From: Acidobacteriota bacterium
GTDB taxonomy: Bacteria; Acidobacteriota; Aminicenantia; JBFLYD01
DNA length: 64,000 nucleotides
NCBI GenBank assembly: GCA_040756905.1
Contig: JBFLYD010000057.1
Coordinates: forward strand, 162 to 64,161
Direction: 5' to 3'
Shown here: positions 48,827 through 59,567 of the stretch, piece by piece
Position numbering within the stretch: the first letter of the stretch is position 1
How the letters are laid out: each line of letters starts with the position of its first letter
The notes under the pieces: generated by a model
What the model saw: the letters and a program-made list of their open reading frames with translations, nothing else
Databases searched by the model: none
Told to the model about the DNA's origin: nothing
Made by a program: the position numbers and the translations under genes

Positions 48827-48955
48827 TAATACAAACGCAATATATAATTTGTAGGGCAACCCTTTAGAGCCTGCCCCGAACTTGATTCGGGGGTTGCTTA
48901 ATGCAAGGCTAAAGCCTTGCCCTACATGTAAAAATATTTTGTGCGTTTGTATTAG
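48827..48955. repeat. Repeat family B copy 2 (complete): flanked by CTAATACAAACGCA / TGCGTTTGTATTAG inverted repeats
   Basis: Same TIRs as family A. Core hairpins ccccgaacttgattcgggg and gcaaggctaaagccttgc. Confidence 0.6.
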
Positions 48956-48959
48956 TGTG

Positions 48960-49326
48960 CTGTCCCATAAATATCTTTATAAATAAACAATTTCTCATAA
49001 AGCACACTGAAGGGATATGGGGAAGGAACTTCCCCGAACATAGAGGGGTGTCGGAATACATATTCCACACCCTCCTACATGCACCATTCTGGTGCATGGA
49101 AATAGATGATTTAAATTTAAATAAAGACCTTTTACACACTGCCCTTAAGGGCAGTGCTAGGAGCCTTTCGGATAAAAGAGAAAAGATTAATTCTTCTGAC
49201 ATTTCAGTTCTCCGAAAGGCTCCTATGAGCTGCTCAGAGAAGCGTCTAAGGAGATCTTTCTCCCATAGGGAAAGTGTCATGTCACAAAAGAATAAAGAAA
49301 GATATTTAAGTGACACGACACTAGCG
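48960..49326. repeat. Repeat family C copy 2, carrying a ~190-nt internal insertion made of further perfect hairpins
   Basis: The conserved C ends are interrupted by gcaccattctggtgc, cactgcccttaagggcagtg and ggagcctttcgga...tccgaaaggctcc. Directly abuts repeat B copy 2. Confidence 0.5.
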
Positions 49327-49343
49327 TCCTATAGTTATAATAA

Positions 49344-52300
49344 TTACAGGTATCTGAGCTTTTTTAATGCTGAAATTTTTATTTTTTCAGATAAGTAGTA
49401 GAAAATTGGGATGAAAAGAAGGATAAATACTGTTGAGGAAATAAGGCCTCCTGTAATGGACAAGGCCAGAGTGGACCAGATGTTTCTCTTCTGTTCAACC
49501 TGAAAGACAACAATCACAAAAGGAAGCATTCCCAGAATTGTAGTTGTTGTGGCAATGAAAATGGGCCTTATTCTTTCTGATGCACCTTTAACAATTGCTT
49601 CAACAAAATCAAAGCCATTGGTCCTTTTATGATTTATACTATCAACCATCAATATAGCATTATTGACAACTATTCCTCCCATGAGTATCAAGCCTATATA
49701 AGCTGATGAATCAAATGGAAAATCTGCTACTATAAAAGCTATAAACACTCCAATCAATGCAAGGGGAACGGATAAAAGCACTACAAATGGCTGGACTATT
49801 GATTCAAAAAGAGATGCAAGAATCATAAATATAAGCAACAGCGAAATTATTATTGCAAATTCTATCTTTTTCTCCTCCTCAAGGGTAATTCTCCAAAGCT
49901 CCTCCAATGTGGCAGAAAATCCAGATGGAAGAGTTAAATTGTTAAAGATTGCTTTCTGATATCTTTCTCCAGCTTTATAAGGGCCTCGATAGTCCCACAT
50001 GACTATTTGTTGAAATCTCTGATCTTCTCTCTCTATATCTCCTTCAATCGGAATCTCCTCTAAATCCGCTATCTCATTCAGCCTTAAAAGTTCTCCTTTG
50101 GTTGTTCTTAGCACAATATTTTTCAATTTTTCGATGTCCATATCCTCAGCTTCTTTTATCTTCACTGAAAAAAGAATCTCCTTCCCATCCAATTTTAAAG
50201 ATCTCCTGCTGCCAGTTCTCCCTGGGATTGCTGAAGATATGAACTGCGATAGCTCGGATGGAGAAATTTTATATTTATTTAAATTATCTCTGTTTATCTT
50301 AAAAGCCACTTCATAGTAATCAAGGCCTGACCAGTACCATCTCGAGGAGACAATTTTTGTCTCTTTAATTCGAGGGCTCTTGAGTAATGTCTTTTCCACC
50401 TGGGAGGTGATATCCTTCAATTTTTTGAAATTATATCCATAAAACTTTATTCTAAAAGGAAGATAAGAGCCTCCATAAAGTCCACTGTAATAGCTCTGGG
50501 GGTCAAAACCATAAACTGAGATCCCTATTCCAGCGAAATTCGTTGCAAGATTGATTAGTTCTTCTTTAAGAACATATGGAATAAATGAACGCTCTACCTG
50601 GGAAGGGAAGGTAATCCTGATAAACGCTCTTTCTGGAAATACATATGTATTCACTTCTTTTCTGTATTGTTTCTCCAATACCTTATTCTCAAATTGTTTT
50701 ATCACTTCATCAGTTTTTTCAATCGGAGTTCCTGGAGGCATTGTAACATGGACATTAAGAGTATCTTTTATGTACCACTGAAAAAAAGTTCCAAACGATA
50801 CTTCTTTCCTGAACCATTTAAAAGTTAAATAAAAAATTGCAGCAATTAACAGGATAAAAATTAAAGATCTTTTCAGGGAGAATTTAACAAATTTTTCATA
50901 AAATTGAGTGATTTTCCATCCTTTTTTATCTATTTTTTTAATTGAGAATTTTAAACTTAGAGATGGAATCAGAGAAAAAGCGATGAAAAAAGATGAAATC
51001 AATGAAAATGAGATAACAAATGCAAGGGGAAGATAATAAATTCTAAGCCTTCCCTGAAAATATGGAAATGCAAAAAATACTGCGATTGTTGTAAGGGTTG
51101 CTGCAAGGACTGCTTTAAGTACCACCTTACTTCCGAGTAATGCAGATTCCTTAGTCGCCAGGCCCTCTTCCCTTTTCCTGTAAATACTCTCAAAGACAAC
51201 AACAGAATTATCCACAAACATGCCAAATCCAAGGGCAAGCCCTGATAAAGTCAGGAGATTTAATGGAATTTTAAAGAAATATATAAGATTCATAGTAAGA
51301 AAAACTGAAAAGATTATCGAGGATAAAATTAAAATTGATGGCAAAATTCTTCCGATGAATATGTAAAGCAATATAAATATTATTGAAATAATAAGTGCAA
51401 TTAAAAAATAAAGATTTTGAAGCCTTTTCTTTATTTCTTTGCTCTCATCTTCCACAAAACGAAATGTCAAGTCCTTAGGTACTTGTTTCTGAATCTCGAT
51501 GAGTTTTTCTTTTACTCTTTTTGCAACTCTTAAAGTGCTCTCGCCTGGCTCCTTTAATATCTCAATCTCTACTGTTGGCTCTCCATTTATTCTTCTTATA
51601 GATTGAACATCTTCAAAACTCTGTTCAACTTTTGCAATGTTTCCTAATCTTATAGGAATGCCCTGGAAATATTTAACAACAGTGTTCTTTAAATCTTTAA
51701 TTTCTCGAATTGACTGGGATACCTTGAAAACATATTCTTTATCCTCTTTTTTTATTTTTCCTGCAGGAAATATTTTGTTGTTCTGAATCAAGTTGGAAAT
51801 AATCTCCTGGGGATACATGTTATAAAAATCAAGTTTTTCTTTCTCCACTATAATTTTGATTTCAGGTTGGGAGCCTCCTCTAATTAAAACGTCTGAGACT
51901 CCTTTGATGGAGCGAATAGGAATTTTTATTCTTTCCTCAGCAATCTGTCTTAGCTCATGAAGAGTGTAATCTCCTGAAATGGTGAAAGATAAAAAAGGCT
52001 TTATTTCAAACTCTTTTGGAATATAAGGAATGATTCTTGGTGAATATGCTCCTGCTGGAATATTTTCGATGAAGGAAGCAATCTTTTCTCCTAACTCCAC
52101 AGAAGCAAAATCCATGTTGGTTTTTTCATTGAATTCAAGGACAATCTGGGACCTTCCGATGGAGGAAGTGCTGGTAATTTTCCTTACTCCTCTCACAGTG
52201 GAAGATATTTCTTCAAGGGGAGACGTGATGGAGGTCTGGACATTTTCAGGAGGTGCTCCTGGGTAGAGAGTTTCAATTGTAATTCTGGGATAATCCTCCT

Positions 52301-52406
52301 TAGGAGCTAATTCCACGGGAATGTTTATCGTTGAATATATGCCAAGAACAATAACTGCAAGAAAAAACATCGAAGTTGTAACTGGATGCTCAACAAAAAA
52401 TTTCAT
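49344..52406 (-). CDS. RND family efflux permease (AcrB/HAE-like), no adjacent MFP gene
   Basis: 1020 aa, 12-TM RND architecture with two large periplasmic loops. Confidence 0.85.
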   Translation of the reverse strand: MKFFVEHPVTTSMFFLAVIVLGIYSTINIPVELAPKEDYPRITIETLYPGAPPENVQTSITSPLEEISSTVRGVRKITSTSSIGRSQIVLEFNEKTNMDFASVELGEKIASFIENIPAGAYSPRIIPYIPKEFEIKPFLSFTISGDYTLHELRQIAEERIKIPIRSIKGVSDVLIRGGSQPEIKIIVEKEKLDFYNMYPQEIISNLIQNNKIFPAGKIKKEDKEYVFKVSQSIREIKDLKNTVVKYFQGIPIRLGNIAKVEQSFEDVQSIRRINGEPTVEIEILKEPGESTLRVAKRVKEKLIEIQKQVPKDLTFRFVEDESKEIKKRLQNLYFLIALIISIIFILLYIFIGRILPSILILSSIIFSVFLTMNLIYFFKIPLNLLTLSGLALGFGMFVDNSVVVFESIYRKREEGLATKESALLGSKVVLKAVLAATLTTIAVFFAFPYFQGRLRIYYLPLAFVISFSLISSFFIAFSLIPSLSLKFSIKKIDKKGWKITQFYEKFVKFSLKRSLIFILLIAAIFYLTFKWFRKEVSFGTFFQWYIKDTLNVHVTMPPGTPIEKTDEVIKQFENKVLEKQYRKEVNTYVFPERAFIRITFPSQVERSFIPYVLKEELINLATNFAGIGISVYGFDPQSYYSGLYGGSYLPFRIKFYGYNFKKLKDITSQVEKTLLKSPRIKETKIVSSRWYWSGLDYYEVAFKINRDNLNKYKISPSELSQFISSAIPGRTGSRRSLKLDGKEILFSVKIKEAEDMDIEKLKNIVLRTTKGELLRLNEIADLEEIPIEGDIEREDQRFQQIVMWDYRGPYKAGERYQKAIFNNLTLPSGFSATLEELWRITLEEEKKIEFAIIISLLLIFMILASLFESIVQPFVVLLSVPLALIGVFIAFIVADFPFDSSAYIGLILMGGIVVNNAILMVDSINHKRTNGFDFVEAIVKGASERIRPIFIATTTTILGMLPFVIVVFQVEQKRNIWSTLALSITGGLISSTVFILLFIPIFYYLSEKIKISALKKLRYL

Positions 52407-52416
52407 TTTCCAAATT

Positions 52417-52605
52417 CTATAATGAAAAAAGAAATTCTACAAGTATTCTTAAAATATTCCACCACCCTATTAAAATCCCCAATGGAACAAAAACAAGCGC
52501 AATAAAAAAAGTAATCATTGAAACCTTCCATGAAAAATATAATCCCAACCCATAGCCAACAACAATAACAACAATAGAAACTGCGTATTTAAAAACATTC
52601 TTCAT
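52417..52605 (-). CDS. Small two-TM hypothetical membrane protein (62 aa) immediately upstream of the RND gene
   Basis: ORF with two hydrophobic helices. Confidence 0.25.
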   Translation of the reverse strand: MKNVFKYAVSIVVIVVGYGLGLYFSWKVSMITFFIALVFVPLGILIGWWNILRILVEFLFSL

Positions 52606-52681
52606 TTTATTAATATCATCTATTTTTCATTTAATGATTTAATTCTATTACCTAAATAAATTTTTCTCAACCTCATTTAAT

Positions 52682-52807
52682 TTAATACAAACGCATTTAA
52701 TTCTGATGCATTCCTGTCCCCTCACCCCTCCCTCTCCCCTGAGGGGAGGATTGAGGTGAGGGGGAAAACGAGTAAGATGTAGCAAATATTAGTGCGTTTG
52801 TATTAAA
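52682..52807. repeat. Repeat family A copy 2 (inverted relative to copy 1)
   Basis: Reverse complement matches 16324-16451 apart from a few substitutions and a 2-nt indel. Confidence 0.65.
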
Positions 52808-52902
52808 TAGAATCTTATGAAATTTTCTTGTGATTAATTATTAAGTAGGGTAAAATTTGAGGTCAAATAAATTATAATTTAAATTAAAAAAGGAGGCGTG
52901 AG

Positions 52903-53190
52903 ATGGCAACCTATATTATTCTGAGTAAAATTTCTCCTGAAGCATTCAGAGATCCCAAAGATTTTAAGAAATTAGCAGCTGATGTATCTTCAAAAATTAA
53001 GAGTGAATGCCCTGGAGTTGTCTGGAAGGATAGCTACGCAACCACAGGACGGTTCGATATAGTTGATATTGTAGAATCTGATGATCCAAAGCAAGTAATG
53101 AGAGCAGCCATGATTATTCGAGCCTATGGACATTCCACTACTGAGACATTATCTGCAACCCCATGGAAAGAATTCCTCGAAATACTTTAG
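52903..53190 (+). CDS. GYD-domain protein
   Basis: MATYIILSKISPEAFRDPKDFKKL ... AYGHSTTETLSATPWKEFLE matches the GYD family pattern. Strong AGGAGG RBS. Confidence 0.6.
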   Translation: MATYIILSKISPEAFRDPKDFKKLAADVSSKIKSECPGVVWKDSYATTGRFDIVDIVESDDPKQVMRAAMIIRAYGHSTTETLSATPWKEFLEIL

Positions 53191-53894
53191 GCATATTCCT
53201 ATTAAAGGTTTTTCAATATAGTTCCTTAACCTCTTTTTCTTTCTCAATACCATGTTCAAATCTTTATCTTTATGTCTAAATCAATGAAATTGAGGGGAAT
53301 TTTCTTAGGCGAATAAGCTTTTGGAGGAATCTTTATTCCTATAAATAATTTTTCACCTCTTCTAAAAGTAAATCAAAACTACCCGATTTTTCCTGAAGTG
53401 TTTTACCAGAGACACTTTCATTAATTAAAAAAAAGCTCAATATAATAAAAACAATTGCAAGAAATAATTTAACTTTCCTCATTAAAACCTCCAACTTTCT
53501 TTTAATTATATTTTAACAAAAAATGTTATAGATTAGTATGAGTCTATGCTTCTCTTCTGAGCTCATCTCTTAATTTCCTGTTTTAGCCTCCAGTAATCCT
53601 CAGTAAAATTTCTGAAATCCTTTGTTTTATTTATCTTATTTCAATTTGGTATCTTACAATCTCTGGGAAATTTTCTTCTTCAGCAAAATATATTCCCCCT
53701 TCATTATCAATTGCATCGGCATATCCTTTTACATCTATTGTTCCTTTGTAACTATAATTTTCAAATATATCCATCTTATATTTGTTTTTTTCTTTTTCCT
53801 TACATTCCTTTGTAACAAAAATTAAATTTTTATATGGAATAACTTTAGGATTATCAAAAATTATTCCAATTCCTTTTTTCCATTCAGTTTAATA

Positions 53895-54350
53895 TTAATC
53901 CTTTATTCCAAATAAACTAATAACCTTTTTTGTTATCTCATAAGATTTATTAGCTTTGAATAGGAGTTCTTTAGCGATGATTTCTGTACATAATTCTGAA
54001 GTGGATTGCCAGCCTTTTTCAGTTTCTCTACTGTAAGTAGACCAGGCGTGCCATGGTGCTGCCTCTTTTACATATTTAGCGAGCTCATTAATTTCTTTAT
54101 AAAATAAATCCGCTTTTCCCGTTGTTTTTGTCTTTAGTCTTTTAATAACCTTTAAAAGCTGATCACTGGGATTGTGACTCCAGATGGGTTCTTCGAAATA
54201 CGAAATAATAGACTTAGCACAAAGTTCGATTGTTAGCTGAGAATTTTGAACAACTACAACATGGTCTTTAAGAGCAATATTCCTCTCAGCTCTTCTAAGG
54301 CATTCCTCCGCTTCCTTAATCCTCCTTCTTACTTCTTCTATATTGGTCAT
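53895..54350 (-). CDS. HEPN-domain protein (putative toxin partner of the upstream nucleotidyltransferase)
   Basis: All-helical 151-aa protein whose N-terminal region resembles HEPN. Its start overlaps the MNT stop by 4 nt. Confidence 0.45.
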   Translation of the reverse strand: MTNIEEVRRRIKEAEECLRRAERNIALKDHVVVVQNSQLTIELCAKSIISYFEEPIWSHNPSDQLLKVIKRLKTKTTGKADLFYKEINELAKYVKEAAPWHAWSTYSRETEKGWQSTSELCTEIIAKELLFKANKSYEITKKVISLFGIKD

Positions 54351-54850
54351 TTGAGCTTTATTTCTATGGAAGTCCCAGGTTTAAGAAATGGAATTGTCCA
54401 CACCTTATAATTTCCTCTTTTCTCTTCAACCAAACCTGCATCCAGAGCAGTTTGAATAATCTCTTTAAAAAGCTCTTTAACATTGCCCTTATCAAAAATA
54501 ATAATACCCTCTGAAACAAGTCTTAATACATACCAATTGGAAATCTCCCTCAGGCTTTTCAAAGAATACACCATAACTGTAACATCTCTTCCAAAACCCT
54601 TTAAAACCTCAAAAATTTCATTATACCAGTATTGATCTGTATCTGATTTTTTTTCTTTCACTATCACAAAAATATCGATATCGCTTCTATTGGTAAAATT
54701 CTTTCCTCTCGCTAAAGAGCCAAAGACTCCAATAGCCTCAGCTTTTTCAAGAGTTTTACCCAAAGAAAGAATCTTTAGTTTAATTTCATTTAATAAATTT
54801 TTGATTTCTTTCATTGCCTTAATTTTATTGGCTCTATATTTTAAGGTCAA
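54347..54850 (-). CDS. Nucleotidyltransferase-domain protein (MNT-like putative antitoxin)
   Basis: GVFGSLARGKNFTNRSDIDIFV GS-x9-DxD minimal nucleotidyltransferase motif. Confidence 0.6.
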   Translation of the reverse strand: MTLKYRANKIKAMKEIKNLLNEIKLKILSLGKTLEKAEAIGVFGSLARGKNFTNRSDIDIFVIVKEKKSDTDQYWYNEIFEVLKGFGRDVTVMVYSLKSLREISNWYVLRLVSEGIIIFDKGNVKELFKEIIQTALDAGLVEEKRGNYKVWTIPFLKPGTSIEIKLK

Positions 54851-55043
54851 GAAAAATGGGAAGAATGTAATTTCTGAATAATTAATGAATTCTTAGGATT
54901 TTGCGGATAATCTTAACAAATGGGTCAGACTGGATAAAGTAAAAATTGTAAGAGGAATCAATCATTGAAAGCATTGTACCTTCTGGTAATTTAATGGAGC
55001 TGAGAAATTGACCTTTGTTGTTAAAAAAATCAATATAGTTTTC

Positions 55044-55976
55044 CTAAAAAGGCTTCTTTTCGTTTCCCCTAACAAAACTGACAGAATTTATTATCATTCC
55101 ATCTTTAAACGGAAAACATGGTCCTGAAATATCCTTAGGTCGCATAGTTATTCTTCTTCCCTCAGCAAATATTCTAAATTCAGGAGATTTAAGACTAACA
55201 TTCCTTATAATCTTTCTTAAAGTCTTTCCATTTAAATCATATTCTCTAATCTCATATTTTTCAGGAAGACTGAGATAAATTTTATCTTTAGAAAGCTTAA
55301 ATGCTCCTCCCATAGAGAACCCAACTCCTGGTGGTATTTTTGGCCCATAGTAGTATTCATCAGGAAATTTTTTCAAAAATTTCCCATCCTTTGAATAATA
55401 TTCAGCAGTAATACCAGGCTGACCCCTAACAAATATATTCACAAACATTGTTCCATGTCTTAGGAATTCGATTTCATGGAAAGATTTATCCAACCTCATT
55501 GTATTTACAAACTTTCCATCTGGATTGAAATAATGAATCAAACGTCCACCATCTAAAACTGCCAAATTACCCTCTTGTGTAATTTTTATCCCCATAGAGT
55601 ATTGAAATTCTCCTGGCCCCTGACCTTTTCTTCCAGCCTGCCAGAGGAATTTTCCATTCTTATCAAACTTCAAAACTCTGTGATTCTGATGGTCTAACAG
55701 ATATATATTTTGTGAAGGATCGACATCAATTGAAACCTCACGTCCAAACATTAAATAATCTTCTCCTTCTTCCACTCCAAGAGATAATGTTTCTTCGAAT
55801 TTTATTTTTTCTTCAATCTTCTTTCCCCATAATCCATCCCCTTCATTTTCTATGATTGTAATTTCTCCCTCTTTAAAGACCTTTCCCTTCCATTTTTCTT
55901 TACCTAAAGAAGAACTCATTGATGCAATTCCAAGAACCAGTGTCAATAAAATAATTTTCTTGACTTTATCTTTCAT
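55044..55976 (-). CDS. Beta-propeller lipoprotein (6-bladed NHL/TolB-like, DUF5128-like), paralog of 61708-62850
   Basis: Signal peptide ending in ASMSSSLG, YLLDHQNHRVLKFDKNGKFLW-type blade motifs. Confidence 0.45.
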   Translation of the reverse strand: MKDKVKKIILLTLVLGIASMSSSLGKEKWKGKVFKEGEITIIENEGDGLWGKKIEEKIKFEETLSLGVEEGEDYLMFGREVSIDVDPSQNIYLLDHQNHRVLKFDKNGKFLWQAGRKGQGPGEFQYSMGIKITQEGNLAVLDGGRLIHYFNPDGKFVNTMRLDKSFHEIEFLRHGTMFVNIFVRGQPGITAEYYSKDGKFLKKFPDEYYYGPKIPPGVGFSMGGAFKLSKDKIYLSLPEKYEIREYDLNGKTLRKIIRNVSLKSPEFRIFAEGRRITMRPKDISGPCFPFKDGMIINSVSFVRGNEKKPF

Positions 55977-56194
55977 CCCTTCTCCTTTTCCTTATTATTA
56001 TATATTCTCATCTATTTTCTGACAAAAATTCAAAAAAATAAGTTCAATTTGTGTTTTTATTTTTTTATATCTTTTCATTTATTATAATTTTATATCTTAC
56101 TATTTGAGAAAAGTAAGGCAATGGAAATAAATACTAAAATCAAACCAAAATTAAAAATTAAAGTTTTTTTCATTGCCTTAATTTTATTGGCTCT

Positions 56195-59100
56195 TTATTT
56201 TTTGTCTTTTCTCTTTTCTAATATCTCATATATTACTGGGATTAGGATTATTGTGAGGATTGTGGCAACTGTTAATCCTCCGATAAAGGCGATTGCTAAG
56301 GGCTGCTGGAGTTCAGAACCCGCTCCTAATCCAATCGCAGTAGGAAGAACTCCAAACACATCAGTAATTGTGTTCATTACAACGGGTCTTACTTTTACCT
56401 CCGATGCCTTTAAAATAGCACTTCTTGGGGAAAGTCCATTCTTTCTAAGATAATTCATATAATCTACCTTAACAATTGCGTCATTAACAACAACTCCTGC
56501 CATTACAATTGTTCCAATCACTGCCATCACATTTATCGATTGATTTGTTATAAATAATCCTAATATTACACCCACAAGCCCCATCGGGATTGTTAAAACA
56601 ATGATAAAAGGGTGAAATAAGGATTCAAACTGGGACGCGAGAATCATGAAAACAAGAATGGATGCGAGTAGAAATGCCATCTGCAGGCTTTTAAACGACT
56701 TACTCGCCTCCTCCCTTTCTCCCCCAATTACTACTCTATACCCAGAGGGAAGTCCAATTCTTCTTATTTCCCTTTCAATTTCAGGAATGACTTTTGAGAG
56801 TTTTTCTCCTGAAAGATTTGCTTTCAAAATCAGCTCTCTCTGTTGATTTTCTCTTCTTATCTCATCAGGCCCTTGAATTATTTCATAATAGACTAAATCT
56901 CTTAAAGGAATTAAATTTCCCTTAAATGCAGCCTGCTGATTCATCAATGTTTCAATTCTTTCCCTGTATTCAGGGTCAAACCTCACAACCACATCGATTT
57001 TTTTATCAAATTCTTTAAATTGTGTGGCATCCTTTCCTCTTACAGAATTTACAAGATAATTTCCCAATTCTGCCGGAGAAATCCCAAACTTTTGAAGGGA
57101 AGAATAATTCATCTTAACAAGAATCTCAGGTTTTCCTTCTCCAATGTTTGTATTCAGATCAGTTATTCCTCTCACATTTTCCATGTTATTCATCAGCTCC
57201 TGAGAAATCCCTTTTAATTTATCGAGGTCATCTCCGAATATTTTAAGTTGAATCCCTGTTCCAGCAAATTGAAGAAATTCTGTCATCACAGATTCTTCTT
57301 CCCTTATTGAATAACTTATCTGAGGATATTTTTTTAGAATATCTCGAACAAAAGAAAGGACCTCAGGAAGCTCGTGATAACTTTTTGTCTTTCCAACCAG
57401 CTTTCCTGAATTGATTGAAACATCATACCTCAGGCTCTCTGCTCCTCCTATGATGCCAACCTGGGAAAAAACAAACTCCATCGATTCATTCTCAAGAATA
57501 TCCTTCTCAATCCTTGAGAAAATCTCCTGGGTTTCCTCAAAAGAAAATTGAACAGGCGTTCTAATTTCCACCTCAAAATATGATGTTTTTGGCCTCGGCA
57601 TAAGCTCCCTTTTCAGGTTTATTCCTATAAAAAAAGTAAGGGCTAAGATTAAAGCCATTACCAACAATACTTTTCCTTTATTATCAAGACTCCATTCGAG
57701 AAATCTGTGGTAAACAGAATAAAATTTACTGTAGCCAGAGTTAAACACTCGGAAGCCAAAATTAAAAAATGGTCTAAGGATTTTTGTAATAAGTTTCCAT
57801 ATAAATTGGATTGCCTGAAAGATGCTTGATAATATAAAATCAAACACAAAAGATATTATTTTCTTAATCAGTGATATAAAAGCTCTGAAAAATTTCCTCT
57901 CTTTTTTTTCTTCCTTTTTTTCTATGATTCCAATTTCTTTTATTTTAACCTCACGGGAAGTGAGCATCGGAAGAAGCATCAGTGCAACAAATAACGAAGC
58001 AAGAAGGGAGAATGTAACAGTCAACGATTGATCTCTAAAAAGCTGACCTGCAACTCCATGAACATAAACAACAGGGAAAAATACAGCAATTGTTGTAAAA
58101 ATAGCTGCAACAATTGCCATCGCAACTTCTTTTGTCCCATAATAAGATGCATCTTCAGCACCCATTCCTTCTACCTTTCGTCGATAAATGCTTTCAACTA
58201 CCACAATAGAGTTTTCAACAAACATTCCTATTCCAAGCGCAAGCCCTCCAAGAGACATTATGTTCAATGTAATATTTCTGAAATACATAAGGTTAAAAGT
58301 TGAAATCACTGCTATGGGAATTGCTACTGCAATTATTATTGAGTCCTTGAAATTCTGGAGGAAAAAGACAAGGACAAAGAAAACTAACAAAGCTCCTATT
58401 AGAATTGATTGGGTTAAAGATGAAACTGAATCCTCAATAAGCTTTGAATCCTGCTGGATTACTTCCAAATCTGTTCCAGGGTTTTCCTTTTTAATTTCTG
58501 CAAGAACTTGCCTGATTTCTTTTGTAACTTTTACTGTGTTTGCCTGAGCTTCTTTGAACAGAAGGACTCCGAGACATTCTGCTCCATTCAATCTAACAAC
58601 TCCTTCTCTTTCCTTTATCGATTCATAAGTCCTTGAGATGTCACCAAGGCGAATCAGCCCACCTTCTTCTGTCCTTTTCAGAGGAATACTTTCTATATCT
58701 TTTACCGATTCAAGTTCTCCTTTGACCCGGAAGGCATACTTGAATCTTCCTTTTTTTATAAATCCTCCCTGAAGACTTGCATTGAAAGCATCTATTTTTG
58801 ATGCAACTTCTGAAATATCTAATTTATAAAGTTCCAAAAGCTTGGGATCAATATCAACGTAAATCTCTCTCTCAACACCTCCTGAAATTTCAGCTTCTGC
58901 AACTCCATAAATCTGCTCTAATCTTGGCTTTAGCATTTCAACGGCAAAAGAATTCAATTCTACAATTGATGTAGTTTTTGAACCTGAAAGAGCCAATGTC
59001 ATTATCGGTCTGCTCTGGGGGTCATACTGAATTATCGTTGGCCTTCCAGCATCCTGGGGCAAAAAATACCTTGCACTGTCCAATTTTTCCCTTGTATGAA

Positions 59101-59419
59101 GGAGTGCAAAATCCATATCTGTTCCCCATGCAAATTCCAGTGTAATTACCGAAAGCCCTTCTTTCGAAACAGATTCAATGTTTTTTATTCCAGGAATTGT
59201 GTTGAGCATTGCCTCAAGGGGAGCTGTGATAAAGCTTTCTATCTCCTCTGGTGCTGCCCCCCTGTATGTTGTTCTTACTGTTAGCTTTGGATATCTTATA
59301 TCAGGAAGAAGGTCAACGCTAAGTTCTCGAAGGGATACAAACCCAAAAAGAATTATTGCAAGGAAAATCATCGAAACTGTAACAGGTCGCTTTATTGAAA
59401 ATCCTATCAACCCTTTCAT
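56195..59419 (-). CDS. RND family efflux permease (AcrB/HAE-like)
   Basis: 1074 aa, RND 12-TM architecture. Confidence 0.85.
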   Translation of the reverse strand: MKGLIGFSIKRPVTVSMIFLAIILFGFVSLRELSVDLLPDIRYPKLTVRTTYRGAAPEEIESFITAPLEAMLNTIPGIKNIESVSKEGLSVITLEFAWGTDMDFALLHTREKLDSARYFLPQDAGRPTIIQYDPQSRPIMTLALSGSKTTSIVELNSFAVEMLKPRLEQIYGVAEAEISGGVEREIYVDIDPKLLELYKLDISEVASKIDAFNASLQGGFIKKGRFKYAFRVKGELESVKDIESIPLKRTEEGGLIRLGDISRTYESIKEREGVVRLNGAECLGVLLFKEAQANTVKVTKEIRQVLAEIKKENPGTDLEVIQQDSKLIEDSVSSLTQSILIGALLVFFVLVFFLQNFKDSIIIAVAIPIAVISTFNLMYFRNITLNIMSLGGLALGIGMFVENSIVVVESIYRRKVEGMGAEDASYYGTKEVAMAIVAAIFTTIAVFFPVVYVHGVAGQLFRDQSLTVTFSLLASLFVALMLLPMLTSREVKIKEIGIIEKKEEKKERKFFRAFISLIKKIISFVFDFILSSIFQAIQFIWKLITKILRPFFNFGFRVFNSGYSKFYSVYHRFLEWSLDNKGKVLLVMALILALTFFIGINLKRELMPRPKTSYFEVEIRTPVQFSFEETQEIFSRIEKDILENESMEFVFSQVGIIGGAESLRYDVSINSGKLVGKTKSYHELPEVLSFVRDILKKYPQISYSIREEESVMTEFLQFAGTGIQLKIFGDDLDKLKGISQELMNNMENVRGITDLNTNIGEGKPEILVKMNYSSLQKFGISPAELGNYLVNSVRGKDATQFKEFDKKIDVVVRFDPEYRERIETLMNQQAAFKGNLIPLRDLVYYEIIQGPDEIRRENQQRELILKANLSGEKLSKVIPEIEREIRRIGLPSGYRVVIGGEREEASKSFKSLQMAFLLASILVFMILASQFESLFHPFIIVLTIPMGLVGVILGLFITNQSINVMAVIGTIVMAGVVVNDAIVKVDYMNYLRKNGLSPRSAILKASEVKVRPVVMNTITDVFGVLPTAIGLGAGSELQQPLAIAFIGGLTVATILTIILIPVIYEILEKRKDKK

Positions 59420-59567
59420 GTTGATTAGCCTTTAACTTTTAGCCATTAGTCTTTCAGTTCTTAGTTCTTTACTCCATCCTTAATTCTGAATCTTTTTTCT
59501 AATTTATTTTTAATTGTTAATTTTTTATCTTCTTTCCGAGTACTGTTTACAGTTCATTGTTTACTGA

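Noticed and set aside
53622-53825. 67-aa ORF in the 53.2-53.9 kb gap
   Set aside because: Low-complexity F/I/Y-rich product from an AT-rich tract, no RBS. It is unlikely to be a gene.
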